This document shows positions 1 through 10,695 of a stretch of DNA of 55,611 nucleotides, piece by piece. The stretch's first letter is position 1, and each line of letters begins with the position of its first letter. A program made the position numbers and the translations under genes. The notes below the pieces were generated by a model. That model ran no database searches. It was not told the origin of the DNA and saw only the letters and a program-made list of their open reading frames with translations. This DNA comes from Bdellovibrionales bacterium RIFOXYD12_FULL_39_22. Lineage in GTDB: Bacteria; Bdellovibrionota; Bacteriovoracia; Bacteriovoracales; Bacteriovoracaceae. The stretch is from contig MEQL01000010.1 of assembly GCA_001770205.1 (NCBI GenBank), positions 1-55,611 of the forward strand, read 5' to 3'.

Positions 1-114
1 GGCAGGAGAACCAATGAAATATCTCATGTAGTATACGAACATAAAAACATGGCCGTAAAATCAGCTAGTTGTGGCCCAACTGTCAAACTCGGGTGGGAAG
101 GCGAGCTTTTCTGA
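1..114 (+). CDS. Possible 3' end of a gene entering the window (…KSASCGPTVKLGWEGELF*)
   Basis: Frame 1 is open from base 1 to TGA at 112-114; too short to assign a function. Confidence 0.3.
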   Translation, partial: GRRTNEISHVVYEHKNMAVKSASCGPTVKLGWEGELF

Positions 115-436
115 GCAAGATGAAGAAAACTGAGAAATTATAAATGGCCCACTTTTTTCTTTGCGGCTTGCTACAAAAAAATGCATTAATTTTTGAGATT
201 ATTCAGAGGAGAAGATTAAATTAGGCTGGCCCGTGGTGAAAAATACAGGTCATGGATAAAACTGCCATTATCTTATTCATTATTGGTTCTTCCTGCTAAA
301 AAATTAAATGATTTATAGTCCAGATCATGGAAACAATATTTTTACAGTTCCTCTCTTCGGTGGATATATGAAACGAGTCATGCCTGTTTTGGAAAACTAA
401 GAAGCTTCCAGTTATTTGTTTATAACCCGCACGATA

Positions 437-1915
437 CTATTTTAATAGTATTGTAGATTTTAAGACAATATCCTGCAGCAGTGTCCAGTAAATTCCCAGA
501 AGTAAAACAGGGATCGCTAACACTAGCGCAGTAAATCCCAACGCTTTGCTTTGAGTGGTTTCAGAAAAAGCTTGCGATGATTTTTCAAAGAACATGGCGC
601 GCATAATGCGAGCGTAGTAGTAAAGAGAGATGGCAGAGTTAACTACCCCAATCAATGCTAAGATGTAATACCAAAAAGTGGCCTTCTTCATAATGGCAGC
701 GAATAGATAAAACTTTCCAATAAAACCACCCAGCGGCGGAAGGCCTACTAACGAAAATAAAAAGATCGTTAACATAATTGCTAAAAAGGGAGCACGATCA
801 ATTAGTCCAGCAAAAGCACCAATCTCTTCGCTCCCAGTAACATCACGTACTGCAATGACGATGATAAAAGCGCCGAGGTTCATTAAAAGATAAATTGCCA
901 AGTAGAACATAATGGCACTTATTCCTTCGGAAGAAAAAGCGGCCAAGGCCATCAACATATAGCCGGCATGAGCAATACTTGAGTAGGCCAACAGACGTTT
1001 AATATTACTTTGGGAAATCGCTACAAGATTTCCAAGGGTCATTGTGGCGGCGGCCATCACCCCAATAACAATTTGCCAAGAAAAAAAGTCAGCAGGGAAG
1101 GCCGTAAGCAAAAAGCGAATTAAGATAGCAAATCCGGCCGCTTTGGGGCCTACGGACAAAATGGCAGTAATCGGGGTTGGTGCTCCCTGATAAACATCTG
1201 GACACCACATATGAAATGGCACAGAAGCTATCTTATACGCAAAACCGGCCAGTACACCAATAAAGGCAATAGAGGCAATTGCTCTGGTGGCCACCGAATA
1301 ATCTGAAGAAAGAAGATTAGTAATCTCAGATCCAATAACATTGAGATCTAAACTCCCAGTTAATCCGTAAAGATAAGATAGGCCAAAAAGCATAATTCCC
1401 GAAGCAGAAGCGCCGTAGATAACATATTTTAGTGCGGCCTCTGAAGATGCTTTATTTTGGCGTCGAAAGGCAGTCAAAATATAGGAAGTAGCAGACAAAA
1501 ACTCCATTCCTAAAAAAATCATCAAAAGATTTGATGAACTAACCAGAACAAACATCGCTAGCACCATGCTAAGCAAAATTCCAAAATATTCACCGCCACT
1601 ATAATCTTCTACCTCTTGCGATAGGTAAGAAAAAATAGCTCCCAAAAAAGCAGTAATTAAAAAGATGGCCTTGAAGTAGATTGCAAATTTATCTACCACA
1701 ATCATGGAGGAAAATAGCGATACATTTGTTAGCGTTCCCATTCCACAATTTACAGTGGCCAGCGCATATCCCGCCGCGGCCACCACGGCCATGGTTAGTC
1801 CGGCCAGTAGGCAACGTTTCTTACCACTAACCAAAAGATCGGTGACAAAAACCAACATTAGGCCAATGATTAATACAAGCTCTGGCACAAAAAATTTTAA
1901 ATCATTAAGTAACAT
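437..1915 (-). CDS. nuoN: NADH-quinone oxidoreductase subunit N
   Basis: Polytopic antiporter-like protein with EAALKY, FAYKIASVPFHMWCPDVYQGAPTP and KRLLAYSSIAHAGY; last gene of the nuo operon. ATG at 1915 (AAGGTG upstream) preferred over GTG at 1924. Confidence 0.95.
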   Translation of the reverse strand: MLLNDLKFFVPELVLIIGLMLVFVTDLLVSGKKRCLLAGLTMAVVAAAGYALATVNCGMGTLTNVSLFSSMIVVDKFAIYFKAIFLITAFLGAIFSYLSQEVEDYSGGEYFGILLSMVLAMFVLVSSSNLLMIFLGMEFLSATSYILTAFRRQNKASSEAALKYVIYGASASGIMLFGLSYLYGLTGSLDLNVIGSEITNLLSSDYSVATRAIASIAFIGVLAGFAYKIASVPFHMWCPDVYQGAPTPITAILSVGPKAAGFAILIRFLLTAFPADFFSWQIVIGVMAAATMTLGNLVAISQSNIKRLLAYSSIAHAGYMLMALAAFSSEGISAIMFYLAIYLLMNLGAFIIVIAVRDVTGSEEIGAFAGLIDRAPFLAIMLTIFLFSLVGLPPLGGFIGKFYLFAAIMKKATFWYYILALIGVVNSAISLYYYARIMRAMFFEKSSQAFSETTQSKALGFTALVLAIPVLLLGIYWTLLQDIVLKSTILLK

Positions 1916-1940
1916 ATTGATCACCTTTACAACTTACTTT

Positions 1941-3548
1941 TTACTGAATGCCTCTCATCATCTCCACTAAAGCAATTAGCGACGTATTCATCAGCTTAAA
2001 AACTGGTAGCGGATAGAATCCAAAAAAGATAACCAAAACGCCTAGAGAGTAAAGCATTGAGCGCTCTCGCCAATCCATATCCCACAACTTGCTCCACTTC
2101 TCATTGAGCTTACCCAAAAACATGCGTTGAATGGTCCAAAGATAATAAGCGGCAGTTATTACCACCGAGGTGGCCGCAATAATAGTCATAATTCTAAATG
2201 TTCCAAAAGAACCAAGGAAAACTAAAAACTCTCCAATAAATCCGGCCAATCCAGGAAGGCCAAGACTGGCCATAAAAGCTAGTCCCATAATCCCTGTATA
2301 TTCTGGCACCTGCTTGGCCAAACCACCAAAACCTTCAATATCTCTAGTATGGGCACGATCATAAATAACCCCGGCAACAAGGAACAGCATCGGGGAAACA
2401 AGTCCGTGACTGAACATTTGGAAAACTGCCCCCACCATACTTTGGGGAGTCATTGCCGCCATTCCCAAAAGAACAAATCCCATGTGGGATACTGAAGAAT
2501 AGGCGATCATCTTCTTTAAATCTTTTTGCGCTAAACAAACAAAAGCAGCATAAACGATGTTGATGGTTCCAAAAATCGCAATACCTGTTGCCGCCCAAAT
2601 AGCAGCATCTGGTAGCATTTGAAAGTTAAAGCGAAGCATTCCGTAAGTTCCCATCTTTAATAAAACCCCGGCCAGAATAACCGAAATAGGAGTAGGTGCC
2701 TCCACGTGAGCATCGGGCAACCAAGTATGAAATGGAAACATGGGAACTTTAATAGCAAATCCAATAAAGAGTCCAATAAACATAAGCTTAGAAAAGGCCA
2801 CTCCTAAAATCGGAGCAGAATTAGCAAATAGGCCTGCTTGCCCCATGGCCGAAAGGGCCATGATATTAAAGGTATGTGGAACAGATGTTCCATCTACCAA
2901 AGTTGCTGGGCCCGAAGCAAAATAGATTCCAATCATACAAAGAAGCATTAAAACAGAACCGGCCAAAGTATAAAGGAAAAATTTAATTGCCGCATACTCC
3001 TTACGAGGGCCTCCCCAAATACCAATCAAAAAGTACATTGGTAACAACATGATTTCCCAAAAAATATAAAATAGGAAAAAATCCATAGCACAAAAGGTTC
3101 CCATCATTCCTGTTTCTAATAATAAAAACATTACCATGTAACCGGGAACATTTTTATCCGTAAAGTGGTGGCCATCAATTTTGGAAAGCCAAGGAACAGA
3201 AGCAATAATGGCAATCAAGGAAACCAGGCCGGTTAATAACACCATGGTAATTGAAATTCCATCCACTGCTAAAAAATATTCAATATTAAAATCTTTTATC
3301 CAAACAAAGTGATGGATAAATTGCAATCCTGTCGAATTGCCATCAAAACTAAGATACAGGGCCACTGACATCATGAACACTGCTAAAACGTTAAGTACTG
3401 CTATCGCTCTACTTAAATTATCCATAACTGTTTTGCTAAAACATTTACAGACATAATTAATTAACGATAAGCCGATAATTAAGGCCGCCCCGATCAGCGG
3501 TGAAAAAGTCATCCAGGAAAGTAGTGTCGAGTTAGTTTGCAAGTCCAT
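1941..3548 (-). CDS. nuoM: NADH-quinone oxidoreductase subunit M
   Basis: FWEIMLLPMY, AIKFFLYT, FAIKVPMFPFHTWLPDAHVEAPT, KKMIAYSSVSHMG. Confidence 0.96.
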   Translation of the reverse strand: MDLQTNSTLLSWMTFSPLIGAALIIGLSLINYVCKCFSKTVMDNLSRAIAVLNVLAVFMMSVALYLSFDGNSTGLQFIHHFVWIKDFNIEYFLAVDGISITMVLLTGLVSLIAIIASVPWLSKIDGHHFTDKNVPGYMVMFLLLETGMMGTFCAMDFFLFYIFWEIMLLPMYFLIGIWGGPRKEYAAIKFFLYTLAGSVLMLLCMIGIYFASGPATLVDGTSVPHTFNIMALSAMGQAGLFANSAPILGVAFSKLMFIGLFIGFAIKVPMFPFHTWLPDAHVEAPTPISVILAGVLLKMGTYGMLRFNFQMLPDAAIWAATGIAIFGTINIVYAAFVCLAQKDLKKMIAYSSVSHMGFVLLGMAAMTPQSMVGAVFQMFSHGLVSPMLFLVAGVIYDRAHTRDIEGFGGLAKQVPEYTGIMGLAFMASLGLPGLAGFIGEFLVFLGSFGTFRIMTIIAATSVVITAAYYLWTIQRMFLGKLNEKWSKLWDMDWRERSMLYSLGVLVIFFGFYPLPVFKLMNTSLIALVEMMRGIQ

Positions 3549-3601
3549 AAAACCTCAGTTCCTTTTTTAGATATAATAAAAAATCAAAATAAACATAATC
3601 G

Positions 3602-5815
3602 CTAAAATTTAATATAATTAATTAAAATCAATCCAAACATTGCCACCACAGTAATATAAATGTAGCTACGAATTTTTCCATTCTGGATCAGTGATAAAAT
3701 CGCTCCTCCAGAGACGACCATCCACCCGGTCCCATTAACTGCGCCGTCAACTACTCCAGAATCAACTCTTCCGTGGAAAAATCCCACTACCTTACCAACT
3801 GTTCCTACTAAATTGACCAAAGCATCGACGATTTTACGATCACACCAATCACAAAGTAGTCTAAACTGCATTACGCCCTTAATAATCGTAGCATCATACA
3901 ATTCATCCACGTAGTACTTGTTAGAAACGACATCATGCACTTTACGCACTAATTGGTTCTTACTGGCCAAAATTTTGGCCGGAAGTGGATTTTTGTTATC
4001 TAGATATAACCAACGCGCTACTAGCCAACCTGCGGTGGCCAAGAAAACAGATAATCCCATCAAAATCCACTCCATAATATGTGGAAAATGAGCAGCAGTT
4101 ATATAGTTAACTGATCCTTCAAATACTGGTTCTAACCAATGGTGTAAAAGATTTGGCAAGTGCCACAGGTGCGGAAGGCCTAAAAATCCCCCCACTACCG
4201 ACAAAAATCCCAATATGGCCAAAACATAAGTCATATTATTTGGCGACTCATGCGGTGTATGAGCGTGTCCATAATGGCCATGATCTGCGTGATGATCCTC
4301 ATGATGTCCGCCCCCCCCGCGATACTCTCCAGTAAAAGTCATGTAGTATGAACGATACATGTAAAAGGCCGTACCTAAGGCCGCAACCGCCCCCATCACC
4401 CAGATAAAAATCCCTCCACCTGGAAAGAGAAGATTGCCCGAACTAAAGGCCTTCCACAAAATTTCATCTTTGGAGTAAAAACCGGCAGCAAAAGGAAAAC
4501 CAGCGATGGCCCAACAGGCCACTAAATAGGTAGTAGCAGTAATCGGCATATACTTTTTAAGTCCACCCATCTTACGCATATCTTGTTCGTGATGACATCC
4601 CATTATGACGCTTCCAGATCCCAAGAAGAGACAGGCCTTAAAAAAAGCATGCGTCATAAGGTGGAAAATTCCCACCCAATAAGCTCCCACACCAACGGCA
4701 ATAAACATAAATCCCAACTGCGATACGGTGGAGTAGGCCAAAACTTTTTTAATATCGTATTGGAAAAATCCAATCGATGCAGCGAAGAGGGCCGTTAGGG
4801 CGCCCACAAAAGTCACCCAACTCATCAAGAAAGGATCAAGGGCAAAAATAAAATGCAACCTGGCCACCATATAAACACCGGCCGTAACCATGGTGGCAGC
4901 ATGGATGAGTGCAGACACCGGGGTTGGGCCGGCCATTGCATCTGGCAACCAAACATAAAGCGGAATTTGCGCAGATTTTCCCATAGCGCCAACAAAAAGA
5001 AAAATTCCAATCAAAGTAATCAGACTAATCCCAAAAACTTTCCGATTTAAAAAACGCTCCTTAAACTCTTTATTTTCAAAACGCTCGGCCACATGGCGAA
5101 AAGTTACCGAAGCAACTTTGGCGGCCGCCATCTCGTGAGTTATTTCTGAGGCGGTAGAAAGATTGCTCCCCTCTATGTCTGCAAATTTTCCATCAACCCA
5201 CTCTCCCTGCATTCCCCAGAAGAGCAACATCAATCCGATAACAAAACCAAAATCCCCTACGCGGTTAACCACGAAGGCCTTCATGCCAGCAACTGCATTT
5301 TTCTTCTCATGATACCAGAAACTAATCAGAAGATATGAGCAGAGTCCTACCCCTTCCCAACCAACAAACATCACTACGAAATTATCTCCCAATACCAGCA
5401 CCAACATGGAAAACATAAACAAATTAAGATAAGAAAAAAAGCGCCAATAGCTGGGTTCTTCATGCATATAACCCACAGAATAAATATGAATCAATGTCCC
5501 AACAAAAGTCACCACCGAACACATTACCAGTGTCAATTGATCCATCACAAAGGAAAATTGGGCATCCAAAAATCCAATGGGCATCCAATCCCAAAGTGTT
5601 GCGATCAACACTCGTTCATTGGCCGGCAACGACAGCAACTTAAAAAAGGCCATCAGGGTAATTAGAAAAGAGATGGCCGGCATAATAATCGCCGGATAAT
5701 GAACTGCAGCATGGCCAAACCTCTTCTGCATCTTATATCCGGCCAGCGCGTTATAGGCCGCTCCGATTAATGGTGCCAGCGGAATAATTGTGAGTAGCGG
5801 AAATTCAGTTGTCAT
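3602..5815 (-). CDS. nuoL: NADH-quinone oxidoreductase subunit L
   Basis: GWEGVGLCSYLLI, GKSAQIPLYVWLPDAMAGPTPVSALIHAATMV, HAFFKACLFLGSG; C-terminal extension; His-rich loop. Confidence 0.96.
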   Translation of the reverse strand: MTTEFPLLTIIPLAPLIGAAYNALAGYKMQKRFGHAAVHYPAIIMPAISFLITLMAFFKLLSLPANERVLIATLWDWMPIGFLDAQFSFVMDQLTLVMCSVVTFVGTLIHIYSVGYMHEEPSYWRFFSYLNLFMFSMLVLVLGDNFVVMFVGWEGVGLCSYLLISFWYHEKKNAVAGMKAFVVNRVGDFGFVIGLMLLFWGMQGEWVDGKFADIEGSNLSTASEITHEMAAAKVASVTFRHVAERFENKEFKERFLNRKVFGISLITLIGIFLFVGAMGKSAQIPLYVWLPDAMAGPTPVSALIHAATMVTAGVYMVARLHFIFALDPFLMSWVTFVGALTALFAASIGFFQYDIKKVLAYSTVSQLGFMFIAVGVGAYWVGIFHLMTHAFFKACLFLGSGSVIMGCHHEQDMRKMGGLKKYMPITATTYLVACWAIAGFPFAAGFYSKDEILWKAFSSGNLLFPGGGIFIWVMGAVAALGTAFYMYRSYYMTFTGEYRGGGGHHEDHHADHGHYGHAHTPHESPNNMTYVLAILGFLSVVGGFLGLPHLWHLPNLLHHWLEPVFEGSVNYITAAHFPHIMEWILMGLSVFLATAGWLVARWLYLDNKNPLPAKILASKNQLVRKVHDVVSNKYYVDELYDATIIKGVMQFRLLCDWCDRKIVDALVNLVGTVGKVVGFFHGRVDSGVVDGAVNGTGWMVVSGGAILSLIQNGKIRSYIYITVVAMFGLILINYIKF

Positions 5816-5818
5816 TAA

Positions 5819-6133
5819 TTATCCTCTCAATATAGATACTTCATCGACTTCAATATTTTTGTTAAAATTTCGGTATAGGGCAAAAACAATGGCCAAAGCA
5901 ATAGTGACCCCAATGGCCGCCAATACTATTCCAAAGAGTGAAAAAATATATCCATCCACCTCTCCCCCGCGATAATGCGCAAAGGTGGCGAAATTGATAT
6001 TAGCAGCATTAACAATAAGCTCGATTCCCATCAAAAGACCGATGGCATTACGCCGGCCCATTAAACAGTAAAGGCCCAAGCAAAACATTGCGGCGGCCAA
6101 AATTAAAAAATGTACAGCTCCAATAGTGGCCAT
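5819..6133 (-). CDS. nuoK: NADH-quinone oxidoreductase subunit K
   Basis: RRNAIGLLMGIELIVNAANINF, three TM segments. Start moved to ATG 6133 (MATIGAVHF) behind an AAGGAG RBS. Confidence 0.93.
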   Translation of the reverse strand: MATIGAVHFLILAAAMFCLGLYCLMGRRNAIGLLMGIELIVNAANINFATFAHYRGGEVDGYIFSLFGIVLAAIGVTIALAIVFALYRNFNKNIEVDEVSILRG

Positions 6134-6134
6134 T

Positions 6135-6686
6135 TTATAGACTCCTTCCCTGCTCTGACGTTGCAGACAGATTGGTGTTACCCGCTTTTTCGATATTCTC
6201 TTTTCTTGCAATTACAACTGCTCCGATTAAACCAACCAAAAGCAATACCGAAACAATCTCAAAGGGTAATAAATATTTTGTAAGTAAAGCATCACCAATA
6301 CTATCAGTAATAGGGCCCAACTCCTGAGTCCCCGCAGAAACCTGCCAGGGTGCTTTTATAATTGTAAAAAAGAGTCCCACAAAAATCACTAAAACCGTTA
6401 CAAAAGATAAAAACTGAGAACGCGAAGGATTAGAAGAGCTAGCGTTACTAATTTTATTGGTCAACATAATTGCAAACAAGATTAAAACGAGAATACCACC
6501 GACATACAAAACCAATTGAGCAATGGCCAAAAAATCAGCATCTAATAAGGCATAGATCACTACCACTCCGATAAAGGAGATCAACAGCGAAAAAGCGGAG
6601 TAAATGATATTCTTCGAAAAGGCCACCATCGCCGCTCCATACAGAGTGAAGAGTGCCGCACAATAAAACATTACAGTAAAGGCCAT
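6135..6686 (-). CDS. nuoJ: NADH-quinone oxidoreductase subunit J
   Basis: ADFLAIAQLVLYVGGILVLILFAIML, YLLPFEIVSVLLL. Confidence 0.94.
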   Translation of the reverse strand: MAFTVMFYCAALFTLYGAAMVAFSKNIIYSAFSLLISFIGVVVIYALLDADFLAIAQLVLYVGGILVLILFAIMLTNKISNASSSNPSRSQFLSFVTVLVIFVGLFFTIIKAPWQVSAGTQELGPITDSIGDALLTKYLLPFEIVSVLLLVGLIGAVVIARKENIEKAGNTNLSATSEQGRSL

Positions 6687-6712
6687 ATTTCAATCCTCAG
6701 TTCTAATTCAAC

Positions 6713-7264
6713 CTAGTTCTTACTTTTTAAATTTCTCTCCAATACATTTTTGCCAATTGATCCGCGGGCCCGAAGCTCTGGTTGCGGATCTTTAGGCCTA
6801 AAGGGCGTAACTTTTTCCCCTTTATCTACATAACTTAAAAGCAAATTATCGATGTTATCCGTTGCGTAAGCAAAAAGTGTCGTATGACGAATCGCTCCCG
6901 TCGGACAAGCATCTACGCACAACCCACAATACATACATTTTGCCGCATCAATGTCAAAGCGAGCAATAAAACGCTCTTTGGTTTCTGCATTGCGCTCCAT
7001 ATCGATGGAAATCGTATCAATCGGACAGGCCTTCTGACAGGCCAAACATCCAGTACAAATACGAGTCTCTACTTCTAAAATTCCTCGTGTACGTTCCGGT
7101 AATGTCTCTTCTAGTGGTTTTTCAATTTTATCTGGCCACTGAATAGTAATTGGCCGACGAAAAAGCCAACTAAAGGTTACGGCCATCCCCTCTAGGGTCG
7201 AGAGGGCGGCATTTTGAATATTTTTAAAATATTGTCCCAAAGTTAAATTTGTGCTGCTACTCAT
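6713..7264 (-). CDS. nuoI: NADH-quinone oxidoreductase subunit I (2x[4Fe-4S])
   Basis: CTGCLACQKACP and CMYCGLCVDACP motifs; lies between nuoH and nuoJ. Confidence 0.94.
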   Translation of the reverse strand: MSSSTNLTLGQYFKNIQNAALSTLEGMAVTFSWLFRRPITIQWPDKIEKPLEETLPERTRGILEVETRICTGCLACQKACPIDTISIDMERNAETKERFIARFDIDAAKCMYCGLCVDACPTGAIRHTTLFAYATDNIDNLLLSYVDKGEKVTPFRPKDPQPELRARGSIGKNVLERNLKSKN

Positions 7265-7284
7265 ATTGGAAAGTCCCTTTCACC

Positions 7285-8529
7285 TTATGGCAATCGATAT
7301 GGCGGATACCACATATCCTTGCCTGTCATCTTCTTATAATTATCGCGATCAATCATGTAATTAAAACGTATTCTATAAATGTAATAGGCCAGTAGCATAA
7401 ATGCTCCAGCAAAAACTACAACTCGTAAAACCAAGCCTATCATTGAATTCCAATCAATCAACACCATCCACGTCATGGTTCCCAAAATACAGACAAAAGA
7501 CCCAGGCACTAGATATTTCCAACAAAGATTCATCATCTGATCAAGACGCAAACGAGGCAATGTCCAACGCAACTGAATGACCACCACTACTAACGCTAAC
7601 GTTTTAACCATAAAAATTGCCAACCCTAAAAGGATTATGCCCCAGGAAGAAGTACTTTCTTCCACCGAAATAAAAGGAACACGCCATCCACCTAAAAAAC
7701 AAATTACAGCGATAGCACTCATAATCCATAAATTGGCCCACTCTGCAAAAAAGAAAACAACAAAGCGAAAACCGGAATATTCGGTGCAGTAACCGGCCAC
7801 TAGTTCACTTTCGGCCTCCGGCAAGTCAAAAGGAGTTCTATTTCCTTCTGCTAGAGCGGAGACAAAGTAGATAAAGAAAGCAATAAAAGCAAAAGGACTG
7901 TGAAAAATAAACCAATCCCAAGGTAATCCACCTTGTGCACTAATAATTCCTTGCGTCGACAATGAGCCAGAAAGTAACACCACTACTAAGATAGAAAGGG
8001 CCAACGGAATTTCATAAGAGACGATTTGCGCGGCAGAGCGCAATCCTCCAAACATAGACCACTTGGAATTGGAGGCCCACCCTCCCAAAATAATTCCCAC
8101 TACTACTAGTGCCGTTATAGAAATAATATAAAAAATACCAACATCCATATTGGCAGCAACAATATTAGCACCAAAGGGTAAAACCACAAAAGTGCCTAGC
8201 ATTCCCGCAAAAACAAAATAAGGAGCAATTTTAAAAAGAAAGCGATCGGCCCCATTTGGAATCAAATCTTCCTTCATAATAAGTTTTAATCCATCTGCCA
8301 CAAATTGAAAAAGTCCCTGTGGCCCAACACGATTAGGTCCAACGCGGGCCATAATTCGTCCAGCAATTCGTCGCTCCACGAAGCTGGCCAACCCAGCAAA
8401 TAACGAGGCAAAGCCCAACATAACAAGCGCCGAGGCAATCGCCACAATTAGATAAATCAACCACGCCGACTCCTGGCCATTGATTGATACTGCATAGTTT
8501 TTTTCCAAATAATTTGCTAAGTACCACAT
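7285..8529 (-). CDS. nuoH: NADH-quinone oxidoreductase subunit H
   Basis: ERRIAGRIMARVGPNRVGP, ADGLKLIMKE, AEGNRTPFDLPEAESELVAGY, RWTLPRLRLDQ. Start moved to ATG 8529, just after the nuoD stop. Confidence 0.96.
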   Translation of the reverse strand: MWYLANYLEKNYAVSINGQESAWLIYLIVAIASALVMLGFASLFAGLASFVERRIAGRIMARVGPNRVGPQGLFQFVADGLKLIMKEDLIPNGADRFLFKIAPYFVFAGMLGTFVVLPFGANIVAANMDVGIFYIISITALVVVGIILGGWASNSKWSMFGGLRSAAQIVSYEIPLALSILVVVLLSGSLSTQGIISAQGGLPWDWFIFHSPFAFIAFFIYFVSALAEGNRTPFDLPEAESELVAGYCTEYSGFRFVVFFFAEWANLWIMSAIAVICFLGGWRVPFISVEESTSSWGIILLGLAIFMVKTLALVVVVIQLRWTLPRLRLDQMMNLCWKYLVPGSFVCILGTMTWMVLIDWNSMIGLVLRVVVFAGAFMLLAYYIYRIRFNYMIDRDNYKKMTGKDMWYPPYRLP

Positions 8530-8530
8530 C

Positions 8531-9691
8531 TTATCTATCCACCTCTGGAGCAACCACATCTAGACTGCCAATAATGGCAACCAGATCCGCGATCATTACC
8601 CCTTTTGATAAATGCTCTATAATCGACATGGCCGTAAACGATCCGGCCCTAATTTTTACTCTCAATGGTTTACTGGAACCATCGCTAACTACATAGTAGA
8701 AAAGTTCACCACGAGCAGATTCCACTCGGGCAATAGCTTCTCCCTTCGGCGGTTTGATCGTTTTGGGCACTTTGGCCATAATTTCGCCTTCCGGCATAGT
8801 AGCAAGTGCTTGCCGTAAAATTTTACATGATTCACGAATCTCCAAAATTCTAAGCACGAAGCGATCATAGCAGTCGCCAACAGTTCCACGAAATCCTTTG
8901 CCCACTGGAATTTTAAAATCAAATTTAGAATAAACAGAATACGGCACATCACGACGAATATCCCAATCAACACCGCTGGCACGCAAATTGGGCCCTACTA
9001 AATTATAGCTCATCGCCTCTTCTGCTGAAATCGGAGATACATTGGCCAAGCGCTGAACAAAGATTTCATTATTGGTTATCAGACGATCAAATTCATCGAC
9101 CATGGGTTCGAAATGATCAATCCATTTAACAATTTTCTCTGCTAACTCTTTACCACAATCAAAGGCCACTCCGCCGATACGAATATAGTTATAAGTCAAA
9201 CGCGCTCCACACAATTCTTCCATCAGATCATTGACAAATTCACGCTCTTTTAACCAATGAACAAACGGAGTAAAGGCCCCAATATCCATGGCCATTGCCC
9301 CGTTGGCCACTAAGTGGCTAGCAATTCGATTCAATTCTGTAGCAATTACTCGTAAATATTCTGCTCGCTCTGGCACTTGAATGGAGGCAAGCTTCTCCAC
9401 CGCCATCGCAAAACCTTGGTTGGCCGACATGGCCGCTAAATAATCGACACGATCAGTGAAGGGAACAAAACCATTATATTCCACCGCCTCCCCTATTTTT
9501 TCAATACCACGATGGAGATACCCTACATGGGCCACCGCTTTATGCATCACTTCACCATCGGTGACCAAAAGAAAATTCAAAACTCCGTGGGTGGAAGGAT
9601 GTTGCGGCCCCATGTTCACTAACATTTCATCAGCGACTGGTTGATACAACTGTTTTAGCTCGTGTAAATCTTTTAACTCTTGCTTAACCAT
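8531..9691 (-). CDS. nuoD: NADH-quinone oxidoreductase subunit D
   Basis: [28 protein letters not shown]-terminal [12 protein letters not shown]; no NiFe CxxC motifs. Start ATG 9691 overlaps the nuoC stop. Confidence 0.96.
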   Translation of the reverse strand: MVKQELKDLHELKQLYQPVADEMLVNMGPQHPSTHGVLNFLLVTDGEVMHKAVAHVGYLHRGIEKIGEAVEYNGFVPFTDRVDYLAAMSANQGFAMAVEKLASIQVPERAEYLRVIATELNRIASHLVANGAMAMDIGAFTPFVHWLKEREFVNDLMEELCGARLTYNYIRIGGVAFDCGKELAEKIVKWIDHFEPMVDEFDRLITNNEIFVQRLANVSPISAEEAMSYNLVGPNLRASGVDWDIRRDVPYSVYSKFDFKIPVGKGFRGTVGDCYDRFVLRILEIRESCKILRQALATMPEGEIMAKVPKTIKPPKGEAIARVESARGELFYYVVSDGSSKPLRVKIRAGSFTAMSIIEHLSKGVMIADLVAIIGSLDVVAPEVDR

Positions 9692-10199
9692 TGCTATTTT
9701 CCGTTGTTGCACTCTGCCCTTCTGGGATCAGCGGATTTTTTCTTGTATGAGACATCCCGTGATATTCGGTTGGTGGAGTATAATCTTTACGCAGAGGATG
9801 GCCTTGCCAATCATCTGGTAACATAATTCGACGCAAATCAGGATGGTTTTTAAAATTCACTCCAAAAAGATCAAAGCACTCTCGTTCTTGCCAATCAGCA
9901 GTCTTCCACACACTCTCAACACTATCAATGACAGCATTATCGCGAGGAAGAGTAACCTTTAAAACTAAATCATGCTTTTTACTATATGATATCAAGTGGT
10001 AAACTAATTCCAAATGATCGCCCAAATCCACGGCCGTCATGCAGGTCAAAACTTGCATAGACAGCTCCTCATTATCACGACAAAACTGGCAAATTGCCTT
10101 CAGCTTTTCGGCATTAACAAAGGTTCCCGTTGCAAAATTTTCTAAAACCTCATTGGGAAATTTGCCTTTAATCAAATTAATCTGTGATTGTACATCCAT
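9684..10199 (-). CDS. nuoC: NADH-quinone oxidoreductase subunit C
   Basis: [36 protein letters not shown]. Confidence 0.95.
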   Translation of the reverse strand: MDVQSQINLIKGKFPNEVLENFATGTFVNAEKLKAICQFCRDNEELSMQVLTCMTAVDLGDHLELVYHLISYSKKHDLVLKVTLPRDNAVIDSVESVWKTADWQERECFDLFGVNFKNHPDLRRIMLPDDWQGHPLRKDYTPPTEYHGMSHTRKNPLIPEGQSATTENSNG

Positions 10200-10203
10200 A
10201 TGA

Positions 10204-10668
10204 TTATGCTCTCACTGTCCGAAGATATTTTTCTTTCATCATTTTTGCTTGCAACTTCACGACGGCATCGGCCAATGCTTCGGGCCTTGGCGGACAACCG
10301 GGGATATATAGATCCACTGGAATTACCTTATCAACACCTTTCAAAACAGAATAACTACTTTGAAATAACCCTCCACAATTTGCACAACTTCCCATGGAAA
10401 TAACGTACCGAGGCTCGGCCATCTGCTCATACAAAAGTCGCACCCTCTCTGCCATTTTATAGGTAATCGTCCCAGCAACAATCATCAGATCTGCTTGTCT
10501 AGGAGTTGCGCGCGGAACCGCTCCAAATCTATCCAAATCCGTACGTGGCCCGCCAGTTTGCATTAGTTCAATACCGCAACAAGCGGAAGCAAAAAGCAAA
10601 TACCAAATGGATGATTTGCGATTCCAATTGAGAAACTCTTCAGTAGTTGTTAGTAAGAATCCGTCCAT
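10204..10668 (-). CDS. nuoB: NADH-quinone oxidoreductase subunit B
   Basis: ACCGIE, TPRQAD, MGSCA and PGCPPRPE (N2 cluster ligands). Confidence 0.96.
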   Translation of the reverse strand: MDGFLLTTTEEFLNWNRKSSIWYLLFASACCGIELMQTGGPRTDLDRFGAVPRATPRQADLMIVAGTITYKMAERVRLLYEQMAEPRYVISMGSCANCGGLFQSSYSVLKGVDKVIPVDLYIPGCPPRPEALADAVVKLQAKMMKEKYLRTVRA

Positions 10669-10695
10669 TTTTCTTCCTTAGATAATGGTTCAAAT

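Noticed and set aside
4311..4318. C8 homopolymer in nuoL as a phase-variation tract
   Set aside because: In frame, encodes the Gly run of a flexible loop in a core respiratory gene; no sign of slippage
8531..10668. Group 4 [NiFe]-hydrogenase
   Set aside because: The large subunit lacks both Ni-binding CxxC motifs and has the NuoD quinone-site motifs
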